Shown: positions 1 through 10,566, counted from the first letter of the stretch. The stretch is 64,000 nt of DNA from Octopus vulgaris (GCA_951406725.2 OX597814.1:12586001-12650000), one strand, 5' to 3'. Numbers and translations are program-made. The notes: a model not told the origin generated them from the sequence alone.

Positions 1-20
1 CCCCGGCCGCCGGAACTGCA

Positions 21-66
21 TCTAGGGACACCGTGTTTCAGGATCGTTGTCCTTCATCGGCCTAGA
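21..66 (-). ncRNA. Type I hammerhead ribozyme (U4C core variant)
   Basis: Minus strand reads UCUAGG CCGAUGA AGGA-caacga-UCCU GAAAC-acggu-GUC CCUAGA. It has a 6-bp stem I, 4-bp stem II, short stem III and a GUC cleavage triplet. Core is CCGAUGA instead of CUGAUGA. Confidence 0.8.
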
Positions 67-625
67 GTAGCAGACACCGGTCAGCTGGTGATATTTGCCT
101 CGACTTCGTATTTGTCTATATCTATATTCAGTGAAGTCTATTCACTGATTATCAAAATAAGAATTGATATTATCATTTACATAATTTACATAATTTACAT
201 AATTGATATTATCATTTACATAATTTTATCCTTGTTCAAATATATCTATAAAATATACTCCGGATCGGAATTGCATAGCTTTAAGGCTATTTAGGTTTTA
301 AAAAATACGCGGCTGAAAAAAAAAGTAAAAATTTGACATAAGCGCGGAGATTTGCACATGATCAAACGAATTTGTTTCGTGGGGTTATGTATAAATATTT
401 GTTTCTTTGAATATTGTGCTGAGGATGGGAAATAAGCTATGTTACTGCTTCAATCTCGAAATTGGACCAATACACAATTGACTGTTTAGGTTGATTTAGT
501 ATATTTCATTTGCTCGTCTATAACCCGTATTTTTGCAGGAGCTAAAGGTGGTTTATAGCGCTTTTGGCGTATTCTTGCTTGTTGGAGCAGGGTTTTTCCT
601 TTTCATATTTATATAATGTATATAT

Positions 626-2417
626 GATTGATTGATTGATTCTAGTTTCAGCTCACAAGCTGTGGCCATGCTGGAGCACCACCATTTGGCGTTGCTACAT
701 GGTTTTACTTCATGAATGCTTTTTAGCAACTGCCATTTGGTGCATGAGAGAGTTCGATGCAGCTGCCCTCATCTGCACCTCCTGCCGTGAAGTTGGTTCA
801 TCTGGGATACCTGACAAGAAGAGATCCAGTTTCATTTTAAAGACATCTGCATCCACCCCATGCAGGTCTCTTAGGTTCTTCGGGAGGATATTGAAGAGCT
901 GTGGGCCTCGGAAGCCCAGGCTACCACAGTATCTTGTCCTACATCTTGATGGCAAATTTGGAGTCCTTGGCACCACGCAGTGGCGCCCAGTTCTGGCATT
1001 TGTGTAACTCTCGATGCCAAAGTTTGGGGCAAGTCCTTCCAGGATCTTCCAGATGTATATTATGGCATATCTTTCTCGCCTACGCTCCAAGGAATAGAGT
1101 TTTAATCTCTTGAGTCTTTCCCAGTAGCTTATATTCTGCACAGAGGCTATCTTCTTCGTGTACCTACGTTGGATTGCCTCAAGTTCTGTGTTCAACTTGA
1201 CACTAGATGGTGACCATAGCTGAGAGCAATAGTCAAAGTGGCTTAGGACAAGTGTCCTCCAGAGGACCATCGTGGTTTCTTGTTCTCTTGTTCTAAAGGT
1301 TCTAAGAATCCATCCGGCCAGTCGTCTACATTTCATTGCCAATTTGGCAACATGTACACGAAAGGTTGCGTCATCACTCATGTAAATACCCAGGTCACGC
1401 ACTGATTGTGCCTCTGGGATTGCAATTCCTCCGGGTCCAGTGTATTCATTGGGTATTGCATTTAGTTTTGCATAGCTTGAAACTTTTCAGCATTGAACTG
1501 CATGCTATTCTTTTCAGCCCACTTGTATATTTTGTCCAGCTCACATTACAGGCGTTTAGTGTCCTCAGGGTTCTGTATTGCCTGTGAAACTTTTGTATCA
1601 TCTGCATAACTTGTGATCGTGGCTCTCTGCGTGGCTGAGGGCATGTCTGAGAGGGCCATTATGAACAGTAGTGGTCCCAAAACAATGCCCTGCGGAACAC
1701 CGCTCACTATTTGCGTGTTAATGGAAGTGGCCCCATTGGCTACTACCACCTGACTTCTATCTTTCAGAAAGTCATGAAGCCATTCTCCCAGTTTTCAAAC
1801 TATGCTAAGATCACGCAGTTTGTGACATATCATTCCATGATCGACTTTATCAAAGGCCTTTGCAAAGTCGAGATATATCACTTCCACATTTGAGTGGTTG
1901 AGCAGTCGTTTCAGCACCCAGTCATAGTGTTGTAGGAGCTGAGTTAAGCAGCTTCTTCCTGGTCGGAAACCATGTTGGGTGTCAGGCAGCAAGTAATTTT
2001 CTTCAAGGAAGGTGATTAGTTTCCTTCTGACTATTCGTTCCATGACCTTGCTGATGTGTGAGGTCAGAGAGATAGGTCTGTAGTTCTTGGCCTCCGCTCT
2101 GCTACCTCCTTTATGAATAGGGCATATTTTACCTTCCTTCAGTTTTCTTGGAAGTTTGCCAGTTGCAAGGAAGCTCTGAATGGGGCCACTTCCATTAACA
2201 CGCAAATAGTGAGCGGTGTTCCGCAGGGCACAGTTTTGGGACCACTACTGTTCATAATAGCCCTCTCGGACATGCCCTCAGCCACGCAGAGAGCCACGAT
2301 CACAAGTTACATACTTTTAGGAGGATTGCCGGGAATCCATCGGGGCCAGTAGCTGAGTCTGTTTTCATTTCATCTATAGCCTTTATTACATCGTCTTCCT
2401 TTATATCGATGTAATCT
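626..2417 (-). mobile_element. 5'-truncated CR1-group LINE (RT pseudogene) with (AATC)n tail
   Basis: Frameshifted ORF pieces 1795-2205, 1546-1749 and 710-1402 carry NYRPISLTS, QHGFRPGRSC, YLDFAKAFDKV, SGVPQG..LGPLLF, YADDTK and DYCSQLWSP. Short 3' UTR, then (GATT)n on the plus strand at 626-641. Confidence 0.9.
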
Positions 2418-2442
2418 ATATATATATATATAATTATGTTAG

Positions 2443-2509
<67 letters not shown>

Positions 2510-2527
2510 GTGTGTGTATATATATAT

Positions 2528-2782
2528 TGATAGAAATGGTAAGACAACAAAAGAATGAAAGAGACCTCGATATTATGTAAATAAAGGAATTTATCTGTAA
2601 ATATAACGGTCATTCTAATAGCTCTTTTGTCATATTAACGGTTAATCACACAGTTTAACAGTCATTTTCATAGCATTTTTTTGATGGCCGGATAAATGGA
2701 GAGATGGCGACATGGGTTTCTGCCCCGACATCCGAAACTCGGAGTTTTATTATGGCTACCGAAAAATTGTCAAATATTATAT
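2528..2782 (+). mobile_element. PLE-like terminal repeat fragment with decayed hammerhead (family of 8133-8460)
   Basis: Aligns by eye to 8138-8340 (GGTAAGAyAACAAAAGAA..GAGACCTC; GAGATGGCG..CATCyGAAACTCrGAGTTTTAT). Core has decayed to ATGGAGA. Confidence 0.6.
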
Positions 2783-3344
2783 TTACACACACACACACAC
2801 ATACACACACATATGTATATATATATATATGACAATAAGTAAAGGTAAGATCCAAGGATCAAGGTGTAGGAAGATAGTAAGCTTCGAGACAACTTTCAGG
2901 AACAATAGTGGCTTATTGACGTATAAAGTTGTAAGTTTTACCCGTATTGAAGTTTGATAAGCTGAAAAATGGTTTTCTAGCTTATGGTTAGCAGTAGGTG
3001 TTGCTGTGCATGCGAATAGAAATCCAGTGTTGGAGAATAGAGTACATAAAATCCAGGTTACATATGTTTCATAGTTAGCAAGGCCTCGGAAAGAACCATC
3101 TCAGACAATAATTTTTAACACGTCTGGTACCTTAGCGTAATTTGTCTCAGATGCTTTCATCGTATGATACTAACAGTAGTACTTAAAAACATATAGTGTG
3201 TTTATTAAATAATAATAACTCTACAGATGAAATAAGTACTTTTTTGTTGATCTTACCATCAGCGAGCAGCAGCACACACATACACATACACTCACACGCA
3301 CACACTATATATGATTGCATGTATGTATGCATGCATGTGTGTGT

Positions 3345-3428
<84 letters not shown>

Positions 3429-3568
3429 GTTGTATACTGTCAACATAACGTGACAGTCCCGCTGTTTAGCCCTAGGAAGCATCGACGCTTCCTGTCGCCT
3501 TTGACACATTTCTTGTGTCCTTATATTTGCGAAGGGGAGACAAGCACCCCTACCAGCCAGGATTCACA

Positions 3569-3614
3569 CCTGAAGACATGCATGTTTCTGGGTCTCACCC
3601 GTCATCAGTCCAGG
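3569..3614 (-). ncRNA. Type I hammerhead ribozyme, canonical core
   Basis: Minus strand: CCUGGA CUGAUGA c GGGU-gag-ACCC a GAAAC-AUGCAU-GUC UUCAGG. Stem I is 6 bp (one G-U), stem III is palindromic (ACAUGCAUGU), and the cleavage site is GUC. Confidence 0.88.
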
Positions 3615-3626
3615 ATAGTGAGACCT

Positions 3627-5263
3627 TTCTATTTTTTATAGGCACAATGGCCTGACTGAAGAGTGGACATAACAATACAATGCAGGACATGGGATACATA
3701 TAATAAAAATAAAAATGATAATATGAAATTAAATGAATTATTAACGATGAATTAAATGAAATGGCTTACGAGCCCCCCCCCAAAGCTCGCAGTTTCATTT
3801 ATATTACAGTTATATTATCTGGGGTGTTCGTCCGTAACGTAAACGAGTAATTCATCTTGCTCTATAACTCCGGGCAAACTGTCATATCGAATGTAATGCG
3901 CTATGGACACAGCTGTCTCTGAAAATAAATTTCTTAATCTATTCACCGTCTCTCTTTCCACTATTGCAGCCTTTGTTTTGTCATCGTACATTCTCGGGTT
4001 CAATTTCACTCTCGTTAGATTTTTCGTTACTGCAAATTTTTTCTCAATTTCTTTATCTTTTGTGTACAATATTACAGATCTGAGATTCTTTCCTTTGGGT
4101 CTTCCCCCTTCCTTGCATGTTATCAGACATTCTTCCACTCTTGTTGACCATTTTATCGCTTCCTCCCAACTTGAACCTTCACTCACTTTAGTTGCTGTAT
4201 CTCTCCCTTCGTGCGTTCGATCCTCTGTCTCGCCCGCATACTTCTTTTTAGTTTTTTTTTCTTTTTTTGGTCTTTGGGTGGTGATTCCACCCGTGTTCGC
4301 TTTCTATCCTCTTTTTCTTCTGTTCTTTCATCTTCTGTCTCCTTCACTAACTCGTCGTCATTTTCCATATTATCTCCTAAATCCTCTGTCAAAGCTCTTA
4401 TTGTCTCCTCCAGTGTCGTCTTCCTTCCTTGTATTTCTCCTTCAGGACACACATCCTTCATGTGCCCTCTTCTCTTACATTTATAACACACCGGAGGTCT
4501 CCCCTCCACCACGACTCTCAGTCGTGTCTCGTCGGCGAATACCAACTCCTCTGGGATGTTATACAAATCTGGCATGGTTATGTGGACTAAGGCTTCCACC
4601 GCATAACCCCACCAGTATATTTCATTCGACTTTTGCACCTTAAGTATGTCCACGTTCTCCTTGTAGTTGTAGATTATTGCAGCTACTATTCTTTCGGTAT
4701 CAAGTTCCGGTGGGATTTTGCTTCTTCGTATCCTCACTTCTCTTTTTCCACAATAACTAGGGAGTAAAATCCATTTTTCCGATCTCAACACTGTCGTTGC
4801 GTTCCTTTTCGCTTCATCTTCATTTTCGAAGCGAACGTTTACCGTAGCGTATTTTCTACATCTAATGTAGAAGGTAGTTCTTCCTTTTATTTCTTGTAGA
4901 CATTTTTCAATCCCTTCTACTTCTGCTACTTCTATTCTCTTTGAGACCACATTCCATGTTCTGAATGTTATGGTTTTTTTCTCCGCTTTTTTCACTTCGT
5001 CTTCAGGTGGTGTAACCCTCAGACAGTTTTCTTCCCTCTTGAAGCTGTCGTAGTATTTCCTCAGATTTTCTTTTTCGATAATTATTTCTTTTAACTGTAA
5101 TTCGTTCGCAGCTAGGCTTTAGCCTGCTGCTCCCGCACAAGTTTGGGCTTGCATACCCAACAAAGAATTCAACAATTCAACACGACGCAACAGTTTTCAA
5201 CAACAATAATCAGCAAAATCCAACTCACAACCGCAAATCCGAAAAACCGACACAAGCACTTCC
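3627..5263 (-). mobile_element. ORF1-only non-LTR retroposon (HAL1-like; L1/Tx1-type ORF1) with 9-bp TSD
   Basis: TSD GTGAGACCT at 3618-3626 and 5264-5272. A-rich 3' end (minus strand CCTATAAAAAATAGAA). ~110-nt 5' UTR, a single ORF, ~190-nt 3' UTR, and no EN/RT sequence. Confidence 0.7.
3815..5154 (-). pseudogene. Gag-like ORF1 protein (~445 aa; possible RRM-like region plus CCHC zinc knuckle), disrupted
   Basis: ATG at 5154 (MQAQTCAGAA) is in frame with track ORF 4183-4995, with one stop at 5119-5121. Knuckle CYKCKRRGHMKDVC follows ..VVVEGRPPV. A frameshift in the A-tract near 4251-4268 joins ORF 3815-4186. Confidence 0.8.
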
Positions 5264-5461
5264 GTGAGACCTGCTAGTTGAGATGCCTGTCTAGCCTTCG
5301 CAAATATATATATTTACAGTGAAATCTATTCACTGGTCACCGTAATTAGAAATATTGAATTTCTAAATGTCTCAAAGAGACATGTGCGGTGGTGGAGCGA
5401 TAGAGTGGTTGTATACTGTCAACATGACGTGACAGTCCCGTAAGGGAATTACACACACACT

Positions 5462-5714
5462 GATATATACAATTGTTAAAGAGGACAACAAACGTTTAGG
5501 CAAGACAAACATATCTACACATATACATTATCATTAATGGAAAAAGTTCAGTCTTACAGCTGTTTCTGGGATTTCGAGAACGGAATATCCCATACTCTGG
5601 GATATCCCAGAAACAGCTGTAAGACTTTGAACTTTTTCTGATAATAATAGTGTATATGACTTGAAACGTTTGCCTTGACTTAACGCTTGTTGTCCTCTTT
5701 ATCAATTATATATC
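5462..5714. repeat. Inverted repeat of PLE-like termini containing hammerhead 3' halves
   Basis: AAAAAGTTCAGTCTTACAGCTGTTTCTGGGAT ... ATCCCAGAAACAGCTGTAAGACTTTGAACTTTTT. Outer arms AAAGAGGACAACAA / TTGTTGTCCTCTTT. Confidence 0.7.
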
Positions 5715-5867
5715 CACTTTATCGAAAATCTGCAATGGCTCCGTAAATAGCGTCTCGGCTATAAACCTGGAGCCGTTACACCACTTACCTAGCGTACCTA
5801 ATCATTTAGATCACCTGTGAACTAAATCCCCATACTTTGTGTATATATATATATTTGTATGTATGTA

Positions 5868-5908
<41 letters not shown>

Positions 5909-5914
5909 GTGTTC

Positions 5915-5953
<39 letters not shown>

Positions 5954-7057
5954 ATTTCATTCACACTTTCATATGAATTTTTTATGGCTATGTTTTAAAA
6001 CAAAATTTGTCACTGTTTTATCCTCCAGTTGTTTGGGATATTGCTATGTTTTATTGACCAGTTTCCTTAGATGTGATTCTTTGTCAAAAGAGATATTGCA
6101 ACCGTGACTGAGCATGAAAAAGCTGTTTTATTTGGATAGCTATAGACCAGTTTTTTTAATTTAATCAGTGCACCATATGACTGTTGTTATTTTAGCGTTG
6201 TACTGAGCTTTTATAATTTATTTACTAGTTGCATATCAAATTGTTTATGAAATAGAATTGTTTGCACTACATTGCAGTTTCCTCTGCAAGATGAACTGAC
6301 GGGCAAGTGTGCGGTTGTATAGCCAGTATAAACATTAGAATTGTAAAGTGATTTATTCTCAAGTTTTGTTTTATGTTTTCTGATGCTCTACAATTTCATC
6401 TGCATGATTAATTGACGGGCAAGGGAGTGTTTGTATGGCCAGTATAGCGGCTAAAATTGTGATTCGCGCAAATTTTATGTTTGCAGTCAAATTTGTGAAT
6501 CACATCTGACGATAATAGAATGTTCACAACTTTCTAAGCATCTGTGTTGTTGTTGATAAGAAAGTTATTACATTTAATACTGTATTGTTTGATTAATGAG
6601 ATTTTCGAAAATGTGTTCATATGTTAGCATACAATTGATTGAAGCTATATAAGTCATTTATGGTTTATTTGCGATATGTCTAGTTTCTTGTCTGATTTCG
6701 ATTCTATATCTTTATATGGCTTCCATATTTGGGTCTAGTAGCTATTTTGCCTACGTTTTGTTGAATAGCTTTTGTTTTATTCAAAATATTTGTTTTGTAG
6801 AGCTTCGTCGGTGAAAATATGTCAGAATTATCTTAGAAGCACGGAGTTTCACCTTAATATGGAGTATTTGCGTAAATATTCAGAGCCTATATCTCAAACA
6901 AATAGATTTATCAGTGCGTTTATAGCAAAATTGAGGCAATACATACATACATACATACATACATACATACATACATACATACATGCATGCATGCATGCAT
7001 ACATACATACATACATACATACATACATACATACATACATACATACATACATACATA

Positions 7058-7762
7058 CAGTTGCGGCCAAAATGTTCAGAACGGCATTGTTTTCGTCAGA
7101 AAAGTAGGTATATCAAAGTTGTTTTATATTCTATAATTTTCACAGACAATAAATACAATATTATCTGTTATTGTCTGAGATTTTGGTGTAATTTGAGAGG
7201 ATAAAAAAAAGTTATGGATGATTTAGTGATTTACCGCAAAACCCATGGCGGCCAAAATGATCAAAACGGTTGCTTTTACTCCGTGTTTTAGTATATTTAA
7301 CAGGCGAACTCTAATGTCTTGAATTTGTTTACGTGACGGTTCGTTTACTAAACATAAGGAAGAATACCTGCCGTGTACTTTGTTAATATAATGCCACTTA
7401 CTCCGTTACCAATTCGTCAGCAGATTATTAAGCTTCGAAAGAAGGATAGTTTAAGTATTGTGTCTATTGCAAAGATTGATAACAAGTCGAAAAGTGTTGT
7501 TCACGGTATTCTTAAGGCCTACGATCATTGTGGTTCGTGTGAAGCAAGAAAGTCTACAGGTAGGCCAAGAAAAGCGACCAAGAAAGAAGATCGTGCTATG
7601 GTAAAGTTGGTTAAAAAGGACAGATTTAAAACTGCTGCTGCTGTTTCTGGGGAAACGAGCATTTTACTGAAGAAAACTTTATCTCGAAAAACTGTGTCTC
7701 GTCGTTTAGTTGAAGATGACCTACAAGAAAGAGTACCTGCAGTGAAACCACTGATTAGAGAT
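7058..7762 (+). mobile_element. Tc1-family transposon 5' fragment (paired-like HTH region)
   Basis: TA|CAGTTGCGGCCAAAATG end with the internal repeat at 7248. ORF 7373-7768 has HTH-like helices, GRPRK, and ..SRKTVSRRL..KPLI. No catalytic domain. Confidence 0.8.
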
Positions 7763-8106
7763 AGCTGATGAACTGGGGATTTTTCCTGTGTGGTTTGTCC
7801 TGTACCTTGTTTTTCTGTTGTAAAAAATAATGTTTTTCCCGTTTCCGTTTCGTCTCTGTTTTTCTGTTGTAAAAATATGGCTTGTCCGTTTTCGTTTTTC
7901 GTTGAGTTCTGCGTCTAGTTGCAGTGTCCTGTACTCACGTATATATATTTATATATGCATGTATATATACATGTAGATGTAGGTACGTACATATATGTTT
8001 GTATGCATGCATATATTTTATTTATTACATTATTGTCTGACAGCGCGTTCGCGTCAGGGTCGATTGGATTCGTCGTTTCGTTCCACCTCCCTTCTTCCCA
8101 GTTTTG

Positions 8107-8132
<26 letters not shown>

Positions 8133-8141
<9 letters not shown>

Positions 8142-8449
8142 TAAAACGGTAAGATAACAAAAGAAAGAAAGAGACCTCAATATTATGTAAAAAGAGGAAA
8201 TTTATCTGTAAAATAAATTTACATTACTCGATAGTCAATAATAGCCAGATAACCGAAGAGATGGCGTTGTGGATTCCCACTTCGGCATCTGAAACTCAGA
8301 GTTTTATCTTGACTATCGAGTAATGTAACATATTATTTTACAGATATATATATATACTATCGAGTAATGTAAATTTATTTTACAGATAAATTTCCACTTT
8401 TTACATAATATTGAGGTCTCTTTCTTTCTTTTGTTATCTTACCGTTTTA

Positions 8450-8460
<11 letters not shown>
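8133..8460. mobile_element. Foldback PLE-like element in (TA)n: ~100-bp inverted arms enclosing a hammerhead
   Basis: TTGGTAAAACGGTAAGATAACAAAAG...TACTCGATAGT (8138-8235) is nearly the exact reverse complement of 8356-8453. Confidence 0.75.
8247..8309 (+). ncRNA. Type I hammerhead ribozyme variant (CCGAAGA core, long stem II)
   Basis: AGAUAA CCGAAGA GAUG..GUGG-auuc-CCAC..CAUC u GAAAC-ucaga-GUU UUAUCU. Stem I is 6 bp and the cleavage site is GUU. Confidence 0.62.
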
Positions 8461-8496
<36 letters not shown>

Positions 8497-8534
8497 ACAC
8501 ACACAGAGGCACGCAAACACACACATACGCACTC

Positions 8535-9197
8535 ACACACATTCTTAGCTTTGATCAGTACACTGGGTCCACTCTCCGCACTTGTTAACTCGCACACTAT
8601 CTTACATAGGGTTTGCGAGTCATTCCTGCCTGTAGCTTCTTGAGTTTCCATACTATCTTTTCTAGCCACTACTGCTCGTCTCTTCTTCACATTTTCTTCA
8701 CTTCCCGTTCAGTTTCCACCGTAGAACTGCAACTAATCAGTTAAATCATGTTTTAATTTGGTCTGCTTCCTTTCATAGATACAAGTCTCTGCTGTAATCC
8801 ACATCTCTTTGTTATAACCTCTTCTCTTACCTAAAGCGACACTTGCACGTCCTGTTACTGCCTGCTGAAACAGCTTCCACTGCTCCTCAATGTCGTTAGC
8901 ATGGTGCAGAGCTTCAAACTTGTAGCTCACCTCGAACTGACGGCGTAGTTGTCTTTCCAAGTCCTCAAGTTTCACTACCTCAAACGACTTGTGTTTCTTG
9001 TCCACTTTCTTTTCCTTTACAGCTTTAACTGTACTTTCCCGACAGCCAGATTGTAGACCGATCCAACATCTGCCCCTCTGTAACTTCCAACATCCAGCAG
9101 CGACGACCGCCATCGTCTGCTAATGTACATGTAGTCTATCTCCCTTTTGATTCACCATCTGAGGTGACCCACATTATCGTGTGGATATTCCTGTCAT
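8535..9197 (-). mobile_element. RTE-clade LINE fragment (end of APE endonuclease plus linker)
   Basis: Frameshifted translation ..EIDYMYISRRWRSSLLDVGSYRGADVGS.., then FEAL....IEEQWK.F..A..VALG.....WIT.ET. Confidence 0.75.
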
Positions 9198-9946
9198 TTA
9201 TTTATGATAGCAGTGAATATACAATTCTAGTTTGGTCAGTGATAACAAAAAGTGGAATGAAACTAAAAAGTTGAAAAGATGTAACATTTTTCTTGAAAAA
9301 AGAAGAGTTACGTCCCATGGTACGGTGTCAGCGGCAATCAGCAGCCAGCCATACGTGTGTGTACAAAATTTTCGTCCTGTAATCCGGAAAAAGAAGGTGG
9401 GGGTCATGTTGAGAAATCGAATTTTCTATCGTGAGAGCAGCATTAAACCTTTTTCGTTCTCAGTTCAGAAGAAATGGGGATCGTGTGAATTGTTATGGCA
9501 AATGAAAAATGGAAGATAGAATATACGAGAATTTATTATTAATCAGGACAATTGTTTCGAAACATTTGGCATCGACTCCTCTTGGGTGGGACACTCAACA
9601 ACTGGTTCAGGAGCATCCAGTGGTGCAGATGTATCTTGTCGGGTGATAAATAAATACAACTTGCTAAAATGACTGTTCCGCAATGTAAGTTTCCGTTTTG
9701 TAGGAAGAAAAACATCTAGGCGGAAGAAATATCTTCATTTATATAGAAGATCACGTGTGCGTTTGCTCACATTTTTGGGGATGCTTGTATGAGCGACTGT
9801 ACTCGCGCCATGGAGCTTAACCAAGGGCGTTTATACAGCCATATCTGTTAACGGTTATTTTTAATAATTTTTTCGCTGGATTGCGTGTTGGTTTTGTTTT
9901 TGCCATCTGTGATTTTATTTTTGATCTTCTATATATATATATATAT

Positions 9947-10118
9947 AGGCGCAGGAGTGGCTGTGTGGTAAGTAGCTTGCTTGCCAACCACATGGTTCCG
10001 GGTTCAGCCCCACTGCGTGGCACCTTGGGCAAGTGTCTTCTACTATAGCCTCGGGCCGACCAAAGCCTTGTGAGTGGATTTGGTAGACGGAAACTGAAAG
10101 AAGCCCGTCGTATATATG

Positions 10119-10158
<40 letters not shown>

Positions 10159-10370
10159 CGTGTTTGTCCCCCTAGCATTGCTTGACAACCGATGCTGGTG
10201 TGTTTATGTCCCCGTCACTTAGCGGTTCGGCAAAAGAGACCGATAGAATAAGTTACTGGGCTTACAAAAAGAATAAGTCCCGGGGTCGATTTGCTCGACT
10301 AAAGGCGGTGCTCCAGCATGGCCGCAGTCAAATGACTGAAACAAGTAAAAGAGTAAAAGAGTAAAGAGTA
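9947..10370 (+). mobile_element. tRNA-derived SINE family A
   Basis: Head with A box TGGCTGTGTGG and B box GGTTCAGCCC, an internal (TA)n(TG)n tract, and tail GGTGCTCCAGCATGGCC..CTGAAACAAG(TAAAAGAG)n. Nine or more copies in the window. Confidence 0.92.
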
Positions 10371-10445
10371 TATATATATATGAAGATATTTCCTCCGTCT
10401 GGCTGCTTCTCTCTCTACAAAACGGAAAATTACATTGTGGAACAG

Positions 10446-10566
10446 TCGACTTTGCCTTTCAACCTTCGGAGTCGATAAATTAAGTACCAGTTGCGTACTG
10501 GAGTAGATCTAATCGACTGCCCTCATCCCACAAAATTTCGGGCCTGTACCTAGAATAGAAAAGAAT
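10446..10566 (+). mobile_element. SINE family B-related fragment (central domain and tail)
   Basis: GTCGACTTTGCCTTTCA.CCTTCGG.GTCGATAAATTAAGTACCAGTT matches the reverse complement of the 11956-12177 body. Confidence 0.65.

Larger units (their letters stand above)
3425..5440 (-). mobile_element. Hammerhead-bearing retrozyme/PLE-like unit (~370 bp) with 37-bp terminal direct repeats, interrupted by a 1.64-kb insertion
   Basis: AGTGGTTGTATACTGTCAACATrACGTGACAGTCCCG at 3425-3461 and 5404-5440. Hammerhead at 3569-3614. Hairpin CAGTGAAATCTATTCACTG at 5317-5335 is shared with 129-147. Confidence 0.7.

Noticed and set aside
160-230. Short ATTTACATA tandem repeats
   Set aside because: Slippage minisatellite with no unique spacers, so not CRISPR; the window is eukaryotic.
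3903-4643. 246-aa plus-strand hydrophobic ORF
   Set aside because: Antisense shadow of the purine-rich ORF1 on the minus strand; no recognisable motif.
9541-9607. Minus-strand GAAAC-AATT-GTC with upstream TTGTTGA
   Set aside because: Hammerhead-like 3' half, but two core mismatches and no convincing stem II.
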